Numbered from the stretch's first letter, positions 41,363 to 51,304 are shown. The stretch is 64,000 nucleotides of DNA from an uncultured Chlamydiae bacterium (GCA_963754655.1 CAVWGN010000001.1:2496001-2560000), one strand, 5' to 3'. Notes: generated by a model not told the origin, from the sequence alone. Numbers and translations are program-made.

Positions 41363-41615
41363 AACATGACATTCATATCTTCCTGCAGTAAAAAGGGGGA
41401 GGGCGTGTACATATAGATAAACTTTGATCATTTTTTTATCCTTGTGTATGGATTGACCTCTACTGCCATAATTTAAGTAACATTTATCAAAATTTTAATT
41501 TCGCTGTCTTACGTCTGTAAATGAAGATAAGCTGATTCTCATTCATAGATAATGAGACAATGCCTTAAAAATGCTAACTATAAAATGATGTGTAAACGAT
41601 TCCTAAAAAGGTCTC

Positions 41616-43244
41616 TTAATTGATTACACCCTTGATTATATTACAAAAACTTAAGTTTAAAGATTGCAAAGATGTCAAATCCTTTAAATGCGCAAGCCCT
41701 TGATAGGTTAGCTTCGCGCATCCCTCTAATTTTAAAAATTGCAAAGAAGTCAAATTCTTTAAATGCACAAGCCCTGGATCGGTTAGCTTCGTCTGTCTTA
41801 AATCTAAAGATTGCAAAGTGTTCAAATTCTTTAAATGCGCAAGCCCTTTATTGGTTATATTACAAAAACTTAAGTTTAAAGATTGCAAAGAGGTCAAATC
41901 CTTTAAATGCGCAAGCCCTTGATCGGTTAGCTTCACGCATTTACTGAAGTTTAAAGATTGCAAAGAGGTCAAATTCTTTAAATGTGTAAGCCCTTGATTG
42001 GTTATGTTACAAAAACTTAAGTTTAAAGATTGCAAAGATGTCAAATCCTTTAAATGCGCAAGCCCTTGATCGGTTAGCTTCACGCATTTACTGAAGTTTA
42101 AAGATTGCAAAGAGGTCAAATTCTTTAAATGTGTAAGCCCTTGATTGGTTATGTTACAAAAACTTAAGTTTAAAGATTGCAAAGATGTCAAATCCTTTAA
42201 ATGCGCAAGCCCTTGATCGGTTAGCTTCACGCATTTACTTAAGTTTAAAGATTGCAAAGATGTCAAATTCTTTAAATGCACAAGCCCTTGATCGGTTAGC
42301 TTCGTCTGTTTTAAATCTAAAGATTGCAAAGAGTTCAAATTCTTTAAATGCGCAAGCCCTTGATTGGTTATATTACAAAAACTTAAGTTTAAAGATTGCA
42401 AAGAGGTCAAATCCTTTAAATGCGCAAGCCCTTGATTGGTTATATTACAAAAACTTAAGTTTAAAGATTGCAAAGAGGTCAAATCCTTTAAATGCGCAAG
42501 CCCTTTATTGGTGATCTGCTGACAATCTTTTAAATTAAGAGAAGTAAGATGAGTCAAGTTTTGGCTCAGTTTTTTAAGATCTGTATCTGTGATATTGCTA
42601 TTAATTAAATCTAGACTTTCACAATTGCGGCAATGCTTAAGAACAAGTTGCAAATCAGATTGGGAATAACTCTTAAGGGTTAAATTTTGAATCAAGCCTC
42701 CAATCTGTGCATTCAATACTTGATTGAATGAAGAAAGACGATGGAGGTTAGCTTCGAAAAGCAAGGCGGTAATGGGAGGATGAGAAGGAACAGATTTTAA
42801 GCTTTTGCAGACGGAACCTATTCCTTGTCTGCTATGAAAAATAATATTTTGCCAAATATCCAAAGGAAGAGTGTCAAGTGTCAAAAGAGATTCTCCTTCA
42901 GTAGCTTTTTTAATTTGAGAATTATCTTGAGACAAAAATTCTTCTTCATCTTCAGCAGAAAAATCTATCTCGTGTTGATCAACAAAAAGACTCCCAAGAT
43001 CTGAATCTTGGTTGTGAATGCGATCTGAATCTTGAATGGAATCTGGGTCTTGAATAGGATTGAAAAGTTCTTTTGCTTTAAAATAAGAAGAGCAATAGGA
43101 AAAAGCAGCATAACAAGCTGCTAACAAACCTAAAGCTACAGAGACAATGATTAAAATTTTTTTATTTTGACTCGTTAAAGTCGACTTAAACTTATCTATA
43201 AGCAAAATAGGACAAAAAGAATTAAAAGCCGGAAAATTAAACAA
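41616..43244 (-). CDS. TM + F-box-like + LRR protein, family C (12 x 24/25-aa repeats); C-terminus altered by a 4-bp deletion
   Basis: TM KILIIVSVALGLLAACYAAF; LDTLPLDIWQNII...SVCKSL; repeats ITNQGLAHLKDLTSLQSLNLSFCN. Confidence 0.86.
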   Translation of the reverse strand: MFNFPAFNSFCPILLIDKFKSTLTSQNKKILIIVSVALGLLAACYAAFSYCSSYFKAKELFNPIQDPDSIQDSDRIHNQDSDLGSLFVDQHEIDFSAEDEEEFLSQDNSQIKKATEGESLLTLDTLPLDIWQNIIFHSRQGIGSVCKSLKSVPSHPPITALLFEANLHRLSSFNQVLNAQIGGLIQNLTLKSYSQSDLQLVLKHCRNCESLDLINSNITDTDLKKLSQNLTHLTSLNLKDCQQITNKGLAHLKDLTSLQSLNLSFCNITNQGLAHLKDLTSLQSLNLSFCNITNQGLAHLKNLNSLQSLDLKQTKLTDQGLVHLKNLTSLQSLNLSKCVKLTDQGLAHLKDLTSLQSLNLSFCNITNQGLTHLKNLTSLQSLNFSKCVKLTDQGLAHLKDLTSLQSLNLSFCNITNQGLTHLKNLTSLQSLNFSKCVKLTDQGLAHLKDLTSLQSLNLSFCNITNKGLAHLKNLNTLQSLDLRQTKLTDPGLVHLKNLTSLQFLKLEGCAKLTYQGLAHLKDLTSLQSLNLSFCNIIKGVIN

Positions 43245-43371
43245 AATATTACTCCTAATTTATTAATTCTATGAATTATATCTTAAAATCAGTTTAAGTT
43301 CAATATTTACACATTATCTGGATGCCTTAGCAGCATGATGATTAAGCTGCTGTACTCGTGCCAACTTCACC

Positions 43372-43510
43372 TTTCAAGATGAATATCGTAGATTTCTAAA
43401 AAAAATATGAGGTTGTGTTTGATGAAAAATATGTTTGGAATTCGGTGATTCTCTTGTAGTCCTTCAGACTACATGAGGATAGGAAATATGCCCCAGGGCG
43501 ATGCCCTGGG
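43372..43510 (+). pseudogene. RAYT 3'-end remnant with its downstream REP-like arm (copy at about 51166-51304)
   Basis: tttcaagatgaatatcg...tttgatgaaaaatatgtttgg...ttctcttgtagtccttcagactac...ccccagggcgatgccctggg matches the RAYT C-terminus FQDEYR..FDEKYVW. Confidence 0.8.
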
Positions 43511-43874
43511 CTAGGGTGTTCATTTTGTGCAAAAAATGAGCTTTATTTTTCACAATAATTGGCATAGTTAAATTGAAGGTCGCATGTTTATGCCGTCCTT
43601 TCAGGACTCGATGTCTTTTTGATAGAACCCAGGCCTCCGCTTCGCTGCGACCTGGGCTGTAACATGACGGCCCTTCAGGCCTTAACAAGAGATGTTTAAG
43701 TCCCTCTTCTATAGTCCCTAAATCATCTTTTTGTTAAGGCCTGAAGGGCCGTCAATGTTGTCCGATCAAGCACATAGGTAACACATTATCCAAGGACATA
43801 GGTAACTCTATCTAAGCACATGGGTAACGGTTTTAATTAAAATAAAACACTTATATAATAAGGCAATGTCCTTT

Positions 43875-44251
43875 TTAGGCCCATCTATAAAGACAACTTT
43901 TTTGGTACAGCCTTTCAAGAGCCAGCTTAAACTCACTTATTACTATAGTTAAAGGGAGGTCATCTCCTGTTACACTGTCCTTAACATATTTTTCGTAAAT
44001 TTTCAAATCACTCCACTTTTTTGTCATAGCAATTCTAATGCATATTCTCGATTGAATTGACATGTATCGTTAACAACTGTACTTCCATTTTGAAGGAGAT
44101 TACGAATAAATCCCCCAGTATTCAGGATTTTCTGCCCTGAAGTCATTCTTACATTTGCAAACTCAACAACTTCTTTTAGCCTTTTTGAAGGGTATGTTTT
44201 TACCCAATAGCAAAGAGTTCCATCATCTGTATTTATTTCTTGCTCTTTCAA
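43875..44251 (-). pseudogene. Frameshifted passenger gene fragment of unknown function inside IS481
   Basis: Overlapping ORFs 44024-44251 and 43875-44063 lie between the transposase stop and the element end. Confidence 0.5.
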
Positions 44252-44318
44252 CCATACGTATATCCTAATTTGCTCATCTGTAAGTTTAAACTTTTTGGTA
44301 GAAAATTTGTGTTTTCCT

Positions 44319-45473
44319 TCATAATCTCTTAAACCCTCTGGCCATGTTAATTTTTCCTAGGAGAATTGGGCCGAAATAAATCCCCATTATCCCTACTTCA
44401 ATTTCTCTGAGTCCTACATATTCCCCTCGTAGCATTTCACTAATGAAGAAATAGGTGCCCTTCCAAGAAATCAATCCTCCTGCGCAAACTTTTCTGACTT
44501 CATAGTAACTGGGGTATTCAATGGGTTTGAATTTACCATCCCAAATAGGTCGAGAAGGTTTATACACGGAAGCTGGTGTTTGCTGGCCTAATGCTTCGTG
44601 GTAACGTCTGTTATTGTAATATTTTTTGAATTGAAGAAATTTTTCCTGTTGAAGAGATAACGTCAAGGCTGGGGGATTTGCTGTCTCATTTTTTAGAGTT
44701 AAATGAAACCTCTCATGCCTACCGTTTTGTTCAGGACATCCAGGATCGATCCATTCTGGAGTAACGCCAATTTTGATTAATTTAATTGCAATGCTAGATA
44801 ATCGACCTACAGCCAAAGAAGCAAAAGGGGGACCATTATCACTTCGCAATTTCTTTGGTAATCCGTACACATAAAAAAGTTGTTCTAATTCCTTCCAAAC
44901 ATCACATCCCCGTTTCCTTGGCATATGTTGACAATGAAGAAGATAGCGAGAAAAGCCATCTGTAACTGTTAAAGGTTCGCATATTTGATTATCACCTGTT
45001 CGAAACCACCCTTTAAAATCATACATCCAGGTATCATTTGAAGCGTTGCAATCGCCCAATGGAGCTGTTTGAGTAACATGTCTCCTGTGGATTCGTTGAT
45101 TGGACAAATTATTTCTCTTTAAAATATTACCGATACTGGCTTCAGAAGGCACTAATAATTCACGATAGTGATTTACAAGCTCGGCTCGTATTTTTTTAGG
45201 GCCCCAGTTAGGAAATTGCTTGCGAATACTGACAGTTGCTAATTCAACTTCTTTTGAAATTTGATTAGGGTGGGAAAAGGGAGCCCGAGAAAGGTCTTCA
45301 AGGCCCTTTTCTCCGTTTTTTTTAAATCTATTTAACCATTTATATCCTGTTTTAGTACTAATATTGTAACTTTCACATAAATCTGCAAAAGCTACATGGC
45401 GGCGATCAGTGCGTAAAGCTTGATCTATGAATTTTTTACGTTCCTCTGTAGTCGACATAATCCTCCAAGGCAT
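44319..45473 (-). CDS. IS481-family DDE (rve) transposase
   Basis: N-terminal HTH TGYKWLNRF, WGPKKI, WMYDFKG, RSDNGPPF, QNGRHERFH. Confidence 0.94.
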   Translation of the reverse strand: MPWRIMSTTEERKKFIDQALRTDRRHVAFADLCESYNISTKTGYKWLNRFKKNGEKGLEDLSRAPFSHPNQISKEVELATVSIRKQFPNWGPKKIRAELVNHYRELLVPSEASIGNILKRNNLSNQRIHRRHVTQTAPLGDCNASNDTWMYDFKGWFRTGDNQICEPLTVTDGFSRYLLHCQHMPRKRGCDVWKELEQLFYVYGLPKKLRSDNGPPFASLAVGRLSSIAIKLIKIGVTPEWIDPGCPEQNGRHERFHLTLKNETANPPALTLSLQQEKFLQFKKYYNNRRYHEALGQQTPASVYKPSRPIWDGKFKPIEYPSYYEVRKVCAGGLISWKGTYFFISEMLRGEYVGLREIEVGIMGIYFGPILLGKINMARGFKRL

Positions 45474-46012
45474 GGGTTTACCTCCAGTTGTTAATCAACC
45501 GGAGTGTTACCCATGTCCTTGGATAATGTCACCTATGTCCTTAGATAAAGTGTTACCCATGTCCCTAGATCGGACCATGTTACAGCCCAGGTCGCAGCGA
45601 AGCGGAGGCCTGGGTTCTATCAAAAAGACATCGAGTCCTGAAAGGACGGCATAAACATGCGACCTTCAATTTAACTATGCCAATTATTGTGAAAAATAAA
45701 GCTCATTTTTTGCACAAAATGAATACCCTGCCCTGGCTATTTCTATTTGAAGCCCTTCAGGCTATAAAACAAATAAAAGCTATTGGGTTATTTGGGAAAT
45801 ATCACTGACTCTTTGACCTCGCTTGCATAAGGTGAACTTGGAATATATCCTGAGCCATACAATGGAAAAAATTCAGTTAATGATCATATTAGACTTGCTG
45901 CGTATGACAATGGCTTGATTTATAATATTTATGTTAAATATGATGAGTTTTGACTCATACATATAGTGTACTTTCAACCTTTACATTTCCCTAATGTTAG
46001 TAGGTAGTTTGA

Positions 46013-46099
46013 GCCTGAAGGGCTCTAAAGTGAAATAGCCAGGCCAGCGGCCTGGGGAAAAAAACACCCCATATCGTAGTCTGAAAGACTACAAGAGAA
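46013..46099. repeat. REP-like three-hairpin arm upstream of RAYT (also about 48140-48229 and 51993-52080)
   Basis: gcctgaagggc / ccaggccagcggcctgg / gtagtctgaaagactac; last part inverted downstream of the gene at 46560-46582. Confidence 0.8.
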
Positions 46100-46102
46100 A
46101 TT

Positions 46103-46555
46103 ATGGCACAGTCACTTGCTAGCATTCTTATCCATATTATATTTAGCACCAAAACACGTCGGCCATTTATACAACCACCAATCATTAGAGATCTTTATTG
46201 TTATATGGCAAATATTGTGCGTGCGTATGGTTGCCATGCTTTTGAAATTGGAGGAGTTGAAGATCATGTTCATCTTCTTGTTTCTTTACCTCGTACTTTG
46301 CCATTGAGTAAGCTTATTGAGGAGGTTAAAAAAGGATCTTCCAAATGGATAAAAACAAATGGAGAGTTTTATTTAGATTTTGCTTGGCAAAATGGTTATG
46401 GTGCATTTTCTATAGGCCAATCAGGTTTTCCAGCTCTGCAAAAATATATTCAGAATCAAAAAGAACACCATAAAACACTAACATTTCAAGATGAATATCG
46501 CGAATTTCTAAAAAAATATCAAATCGAGTTTGATGAAAAATATGTTTGGGATTAG
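46103..46555 (+). CDS. tnpA: IS200/IS605-superfamily HUH Y1 transposase (stand-alone, RAYT-like)
   Basis: HIIFSTK, EDHVHLL (HUH), WQNGYGAFS, YIQNQKEHH (catalytic Tyr); no tnpB; flanked by inverted REP-like arms. Confidence 0.9.
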   Translation: MAQSLASILIHIIFSTKTRRPFIQPPIIRDLYCYMANIVRAYGCHAFEIGGVEDHVHLLVSLPRTLPLSKLIEEVKKGSSKWIKTNGEFYLDFAWQNGYGAFSIGQSGFPALQKYIQNQKEHHKTLTFQDEYREFLKKYQIEFDEKYVWD

Positions 46556-46622
46556 GTGATTCTCTTGTAGTTCTTCAGACTATTATAAAACAAATAAAAG
46601 CTATTGGACTATTTACAGGATA

Positions 46623-47525
46623 TCACTCATTTAAATCGGATGTCAGTTTAAAAAGAGTTTGCTCAAACCAATCATCTTTATAATAAATTTCATTTAATTT
46701 CTTATTTAATTCATCATATTTTTCTTTTAGTTGAATGGTTTCTGAATGATCACAATCTGAAAGAAACATTACACGATTAATTGAAGCAATAATATTAAAG
46801 TCATGTTCATGAAATAATTTCAATTTATCATTAATTTTATTTAGATTTTTTTTGATAATGTCTAATTTGTATATGCCAGATTTTTTTGCTCTTTCTAATA
46901 AATCTATTAAATGTTCTCTCTTCTGAAATAAGATAGCATTATGTTTACCAAATCCCAGTAAAATTCCCAGCAGTCCTTCATTATCATGAAGAATACTAAA
47001 TACATTTGTATTTTCTAGCTGAAATTGATTTAGTAATTTTTCAGCTGATATTTCATGATCAATAAATTTTTTGAATATATTGATCTCTTGACTTATAATT
47101 TTTTTGAAAGCTTCCTTATTTATCAAAAATATTCTTCTTTTTTTACCAATTGTTTTCTCTATTAAAAGGAATTTTTTTATTTCAAATCTGTCACTGTATT
47201 TTTTCCAAATTTTCCATCGTTCTTTTATTAATCTATTTGGTTCAGAGTACACTTCTAGAATTTCTTTACAAGATTGATCTAAAGGGAAATCTTCTAAGAC
47301 TTTCAACAAGTGACTTTCTTCTAAAGATACGTCGCAATAAGTCATAGGCTTATCACCATATAGAGAGTAAGCAAACGTATGTGTCTTAAATAAATCTTTG
47401 AATAGAGATTTGATTTCTTCTCTATCATTTTTTGGAATTGAATTAATAATCTCAATTGTATGACTATAGTCGCTTGCACTCAAATTCATGCAAGCGAATA
47501 AAACAAAAAGAATAAGAATCATCAT
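46623..47525 (-). CDS. Hypothetical exported protein
   Basis: 300-aa AT-rich ORF with a signal-peptide-like N-terminus. Confidence 0.7.
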   Translation of the reverse strand: MMILILFVLFACMNLSASDYSHTIEIINSIPKNDREEIKSLFKDLFKTHTFAYSLYGDKPMTYCDVSLEESHLLKVLEDFPLDQSCKEILEVYSEPNRLIKERWKIWKKYSDRFEIKKFLLIEKTIGKKRRIFLINKEAFKKIISQEINIFKKFIDHEISAEKLLNQFQLENTNVFSILHDNEGLLGILLGFGKHNAILFQKREHLIDLLERAKKSGIYKLDIIKKNLNKINDKLKLFHEHDFNIIASINRVMFLSDCDHSETIQLKEKYDELNKKLNEIYYKDDWFEQTLFKLTSDLNE

Positions 47526-47533
47526 TTAACTTG

Positions 47534-47737
47534 TTATTTCGCGTTTCTGCATTTTTCACGTGAATCATGCACTTCTCCGCATCTTAAACACTTCATTATT
47601 CTGCCTTCCAAATCCTGGATATAAATTCCAACTGATCCTGGTGCCACATATAGCTTGCCATCCAGTTCGCTCATAGAACTAGCAAAACATTGAAAACTTA
47701 GCGCACATCCTAATAGACTTAACATAAAATTTTTCAT
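47534..47737 (-). CDS. Small exported protein with a C-terminal CxxC-H-C motif
   Basis: Signal-like N-terminus, CLRCGEVHDSREKC, AGGAG RBS. Confidence 0.55.
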   Translation of the reverse strand: MKNFMLSLLGCALSFQCFASSMSELDGKLYVAPGSVGIYIQDLEGRIMKCLRCGEVHDSREKCRNAK

Positions 47738-48232
47738 AGATTCTCCTTGATTAAAGTGGATTTAAAAATCAAGGAAGATGCCTGTAAAATAAAAATTTTT
47801 CAAGAATAATTTTTGAGATGAAAAAAAAGTTTCATAATCACCCATGAATGCCAATTCTTTTCAGAATATGTTTGGTAAGCCTGCATGTTATATTGCTAAA
47901 TTTTTTTAAGGTGTCATTTATGCTCTTAGAATAAATCCGAGCCATATAATGGAAAAAATTCAGTTAATGATCATATTAGACTTGCTACGATTCTAAAAAA
48001 ATTTAAGCCAATAGAAAAGAAGTATGACAATGGCTTGATTTATAATATTTATGTTAAATATGATGAGTTTTGACTCATACATATACATATATAGTGTACT
48101 TTCAACCTTTACATTTACCTAATGTTAGTAGGTAGTTTGAGCCTGAAGGGCTCTAAAGTGAAATAGCCTAGGCCAGCAGCCTAGTAAAAAAACACCCCCC
48201 ATATCGTAGTCTGAAAGACTACAAGAGAAATT

Positions 48233-48685
48233 ATGGCACAGTCACTTGCTAGCATTCTTATCCATATTATATTTAGCACCAAAACACGTCGGCCATTTAT
48301 ACAACCACCAATCATTAGAGATCTTCATTGTTATATGGCAAATATTGTGCGTGCGTATGGTTGCCATGCTTTTGAAATTGGAGGAGTTGAGAATCATGTT
48401 CATCTTCTTGTTTCTTTACCTCGTACTTTGCCATTGAGTAAGCTTATTGAGGAGGTTAAAAAAGGATCTTCCAAATGGATAAAAACAAATGGAGAGTTTT
48501 ATTTAGATTTTGCTTGGCAAAATGGTTATGGTGCATTTTCTATAGGCCAATCAGGTTTTCCAGCTCTGCAAAAATATATTCAGAATCAAAAAGAACACCA
48601 TAAAACACTAACATTTCAAGATGAATATCGCGAATTTCTAAAAAAATATGAAATCGAGTTTGATGAAAAATATGTTTGGGATTAG
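48233..48685 (+). CDS. tnpA: IS200-like HUH Y1 transposase (RAYT-like), second intact copy
   Basis: Differs from 46103-46555 at 3 aa (Y/H, D/N, Q/E); IRs at 48206-48229 and 48690-48712. Confidence 0.9.
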   Translation: MAQSLASILIHIIFSTKTRRPFIQPPIIRDLHCYMANIVRAYGCHAFEIGGVENHVHLLVSLPRTLPLSKLIEEVKKGSSKWIKTNGEFYLDFAWQNGYGAFSIGQSGFPALQKYIQNQKEHHKTLTFQDEYREFLKKYEIEFDEKYVWD

Positions 48686-49003
48686 GTGATTCTCTTGTAG
48701 TCCTTCAGACTATATAACGATAGGCAATCTGACTCAGAACGATGCCCTTGTCATTACCCAAATTTTTTAAAAATTTATTATTTTCATTAACTTTGCACCT
48801 TCTACAAGCTCTATAAGCCTACTCATGCCGAGCCAAAGGGTCTTTAACCCCGGCATTCCATCACTTTTTCTGTTAAGGTGACCTCTACTGCCAATAATTT
48901 AAGTAACATTTATCAAAATTTTAATTTCGCTGTCTTACGTCTGTAAATGAAGATAAGCTGATTCTCATTCATAGATAATGAGACAATGCCTTAAAAATGC
49001 TGA

Positions 49004-51037
49004 CTATAAAATGATGTGTAAACGATTCCTAAAAAAGTCTCTTAATTGATTACACCCTTGATTGGTTATATTACGAAAACTTAAGTTTAAAGATTGCAAA
49101 GATGTCAAATCCTTTAAATGCGCAAGCCCTTGATCGGTTAGCTTCGCGCATCCCTCTAATTTTAAAGATTGCAAAGAGGTCAAATTCTTTAAATGTGCAA
49201 GCCCTTGATTGGTTATATTACAAAAACTTAAGTCTAAAGATTGCAAAGAGGTCAAATCCTTTAAATGCGCAAGCCCTTGATCGGTTAGCTTCGCGCATGC
49301 CTGTAATTCTAAAGATTGCAAAGAGGTCAAATCCTTTAAATGCGCAAGCCCTTGATCGGTTAGCTTCGCGCATCTCTCTAATTTTAAAGATTGCAAAGAG
49401 GTCAAATTCTTTAAATGTGCAAGCCCTCGATTGGTTATATTACAAAAACCTAAGTTTAAAGATTGCAAAGAGGTCAAATCCTTTAAATGCGCAAGCCCTT
49501 GATCGGTTATATTACAAAAACTTAAGTCTAAAGATTGCAAAGATGTCAAATTCTTTAAATGCATAAGCCCTTGATTGGTTATATTACAACAATTTAAGTT
49601 TAAAGATTGCAAAGATGTCAAATCCTTTAAATGCGCAAGCCCTTGATCGGTTAGCTTCACGCATTTACTTAAGTTTAAAGATTGCAAAGAAGTCAAATTC
49701 TTTAAATGCACAAGCCCTGGATCGCTTAGCTTCGTCTGTCTTAAATCTAAAGATTGCAAAGAGTTCAAATTCTTTAAATGCGCAAGCCCTTTATTGGTTA
49801 TATTACAAAAACTTAAGTTTAAAGATTGCAAAGAGGTCAAATCCTTTAAATGCGCAAGCCCTTGATCGGTTATATTACAAAAACTTAAGTCTAAAGATTG
49901 CAAAGATGTCAAATTCTTTAAATGTGCAAGCCCTTGATTGGTTATGTTACAAAAACTTAAGTTTAAAGATTGCAAAGATGTCAAATCCTTTAAATGCGCA
50001 AGCCCTTGATCAGTTAGCCTCACGCATTTACTTAAATTTAAAGATTGCAAAGATGTCAAATCCTTTAAATGCGCAAGCCCTTGATCAGTTAGCCTCACGC
50101 ATTTACTTAAGTTTAAAGATTGCAAAGAGGTCAAATTCTTTAAATGCACAAGCCCTGGATCGGTTAGCTTCGTCTGTCTTAAATCTAAAGATTGCAAAGA
50201 GTTCAAATTCTTTAAATGCGCAAGCCCTTGATTGGTTATATTACAAAAACTTAAGTTTAAAGATTGCAAAGAGGTCAAATCCTTTAAATGCGCAAGCCCT
50301 TTATTGGTGATTTGCTGACAATTTTTTAAATTAAGAGAAGTAAGATGAGTCAAGTTCTGGCTCAGTTTTTTAAGATCTGTATCTGTGATGCTCTTATTTA
50401 AAGATAGACTTTCACAATTGCGGCAATTCTTAAGAACAAGTTGCAGATTAGATTGAGAAGTTTTTATAAGGGTTAAAGTTTTAATCGAAGCTCCCACCTC
50501 TGAATTCAATACTTGATTGAATGAAGAAAGACGATGACAGTTAGTTTCGAAGAGCAGTGCAGCAATGGGAGGATGAGAAGGAACAGATTCTAAGCTTTTG
50601 CAGACGGACCCTATTCCTTGTCTGCTATGAGAAATAATATTTTGCCAAATATCCAAAGGAAGAGTGTCGAGTGTCAAAAGAGATTCTCCTTCAGTAGCTT
50701 TTTTAATTTGAGAATTATCTTCAGACAAAAATTCTTCTTCATCTTCAACAGAAAAATCTATCTCGTGTTGATCAACAAAGAGACTCCCAAGATCTGGATC
50801 TTGGTTGTGAATGCGATCTGAATCTTGAATGGAATCTGGGTCTTGAATAGGATTGAAAAGTTCTTTTGCTTTAAAATAAGAAGAGCAATAGGAAAAAGCA
50901 GCATAACAAGCTGCTAACAAACCTAAAGCTACAGAGACAATGATTAAAATTTTTTTATTTTGACTCGTTAAAGTCAACTTAAACTTATCTATAAGCAAAA
51001 TAGGACAAAAAGAATTAAAAGCCGGAAAATTTAACAA
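49004..51037 (-). CDS. TM + F-box-like + LRR protein, family C (17 repeats)
   Basis: Paralog of 41616-43244. Confidence 0.87.
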   Translation of the reverse strand: MLNFPAFNSFCPILLIDKFKLTLTSQNKKILIIVSVALGLLAACYAAFSYCSSYFKAKELFNPIQDPDSIQDSDRIHNQDPDLGSLFVDQHEIDFSVEDEEEFLSEDNSQIKKATEGESLLTLDTLPLDIWQNIISHSRQGIGSVCKSLESVPSHPPIAALLFETNCHRLSSFNQVLNSEVGASIKTLTLIKTSQSNLQLVLKNCRNCESLSLNKSITDTDLKKLSQNLTHLTSLNLKNCQQITNKGLAHLKDLTSLQSLNLSFCNITNQGLAHLKNLNSLQSLDLRQTKLTDPGLVHLKNLTSLQSLNLSKCVRLTDQGLAHLKDLTSLQSLNLSKCVRLTDQGLAHLKDLTSLQSLNLSFCNITNQGLAHLKNLTSLQSLDLSFCNITDQGLAHLKDLTSLQSLNLSFCNITNKGLAHLKNLNSLQSLDLRQTKLSDPGLVHLKNLTSLQSLNLSKCVKLTDQGLAHLKDLTSLQSLNLNCCNITNQGLMHLKNLTSLQSLDLSFCNITDQGLAHLKDLTSLQSLNLGFCNITNRGLAHLKNLTSLQSLKLERCAKLTDQGLAHLKDLTSLQSLELQACAKLTDQGLAHLKDLTSLQSLDLSFCNITNQGLAHLKNLTSLQSLKLEGCAKLTDQGLAHLKDLTSLQSLNLSFRNITNQGCNQLRDFFRNRLHIIL

Positions 51038-51304
51038 AATCTTACCCCTAATTTATTAATTCTATGAATTATAATCCTAAAATCAGTTTAAGTTCAATAT
51101 TTACACATTATCTGGATGCCTTAGCAGCATGATGATTAAGCTGCTGTACTCGTGCCAACTTCACCTTTCAAGATGAATATCGTAGATTTCTAAAAAAAAT
51201 ATGAGGTTGTGTTTGATGAAAAATATGTTTGGAATTCGGTGATTCTCTTGTAGTCCTTCAGACTACATGAGGATAGAAAATATGCCCCAGGGCGATGCCC
51301 AGGA

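Larger units (their letters stand above)
43759..45575 (-). mobile_element. IS481-family element with passenger DNA
   Basis: Ends tgtccgatc / gatcggac, each with three ~17-20-bp repeats (a/g)cat(a/g)ggtaac; approximate catgt target duplication. Confidence 0.85.
43511..45729. repeat. Inner ~390-bp palindrome (copy 2), interrupted by IS481
   Basis: ctagggtgttcattttgtgc ... gcacaaaatgaataccc; same as 6890-7288. Confidence 0.85.

Noticed and set aside
46103..48685. IS605/TnpB or other RNA-guided nuclease system
   Set aside because: No tnpB/iscB ORF next to either tnpA; neighbouring ORFs lack RuvC motifs
14666..50310. Antisense repetitive ORFs over the LRR genes (e.g. QLRQALQIRA, CTFGSSGRLC, SNPLNAQALD repeats)
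   Set aside because: Shadow frames of periodic coding repeats
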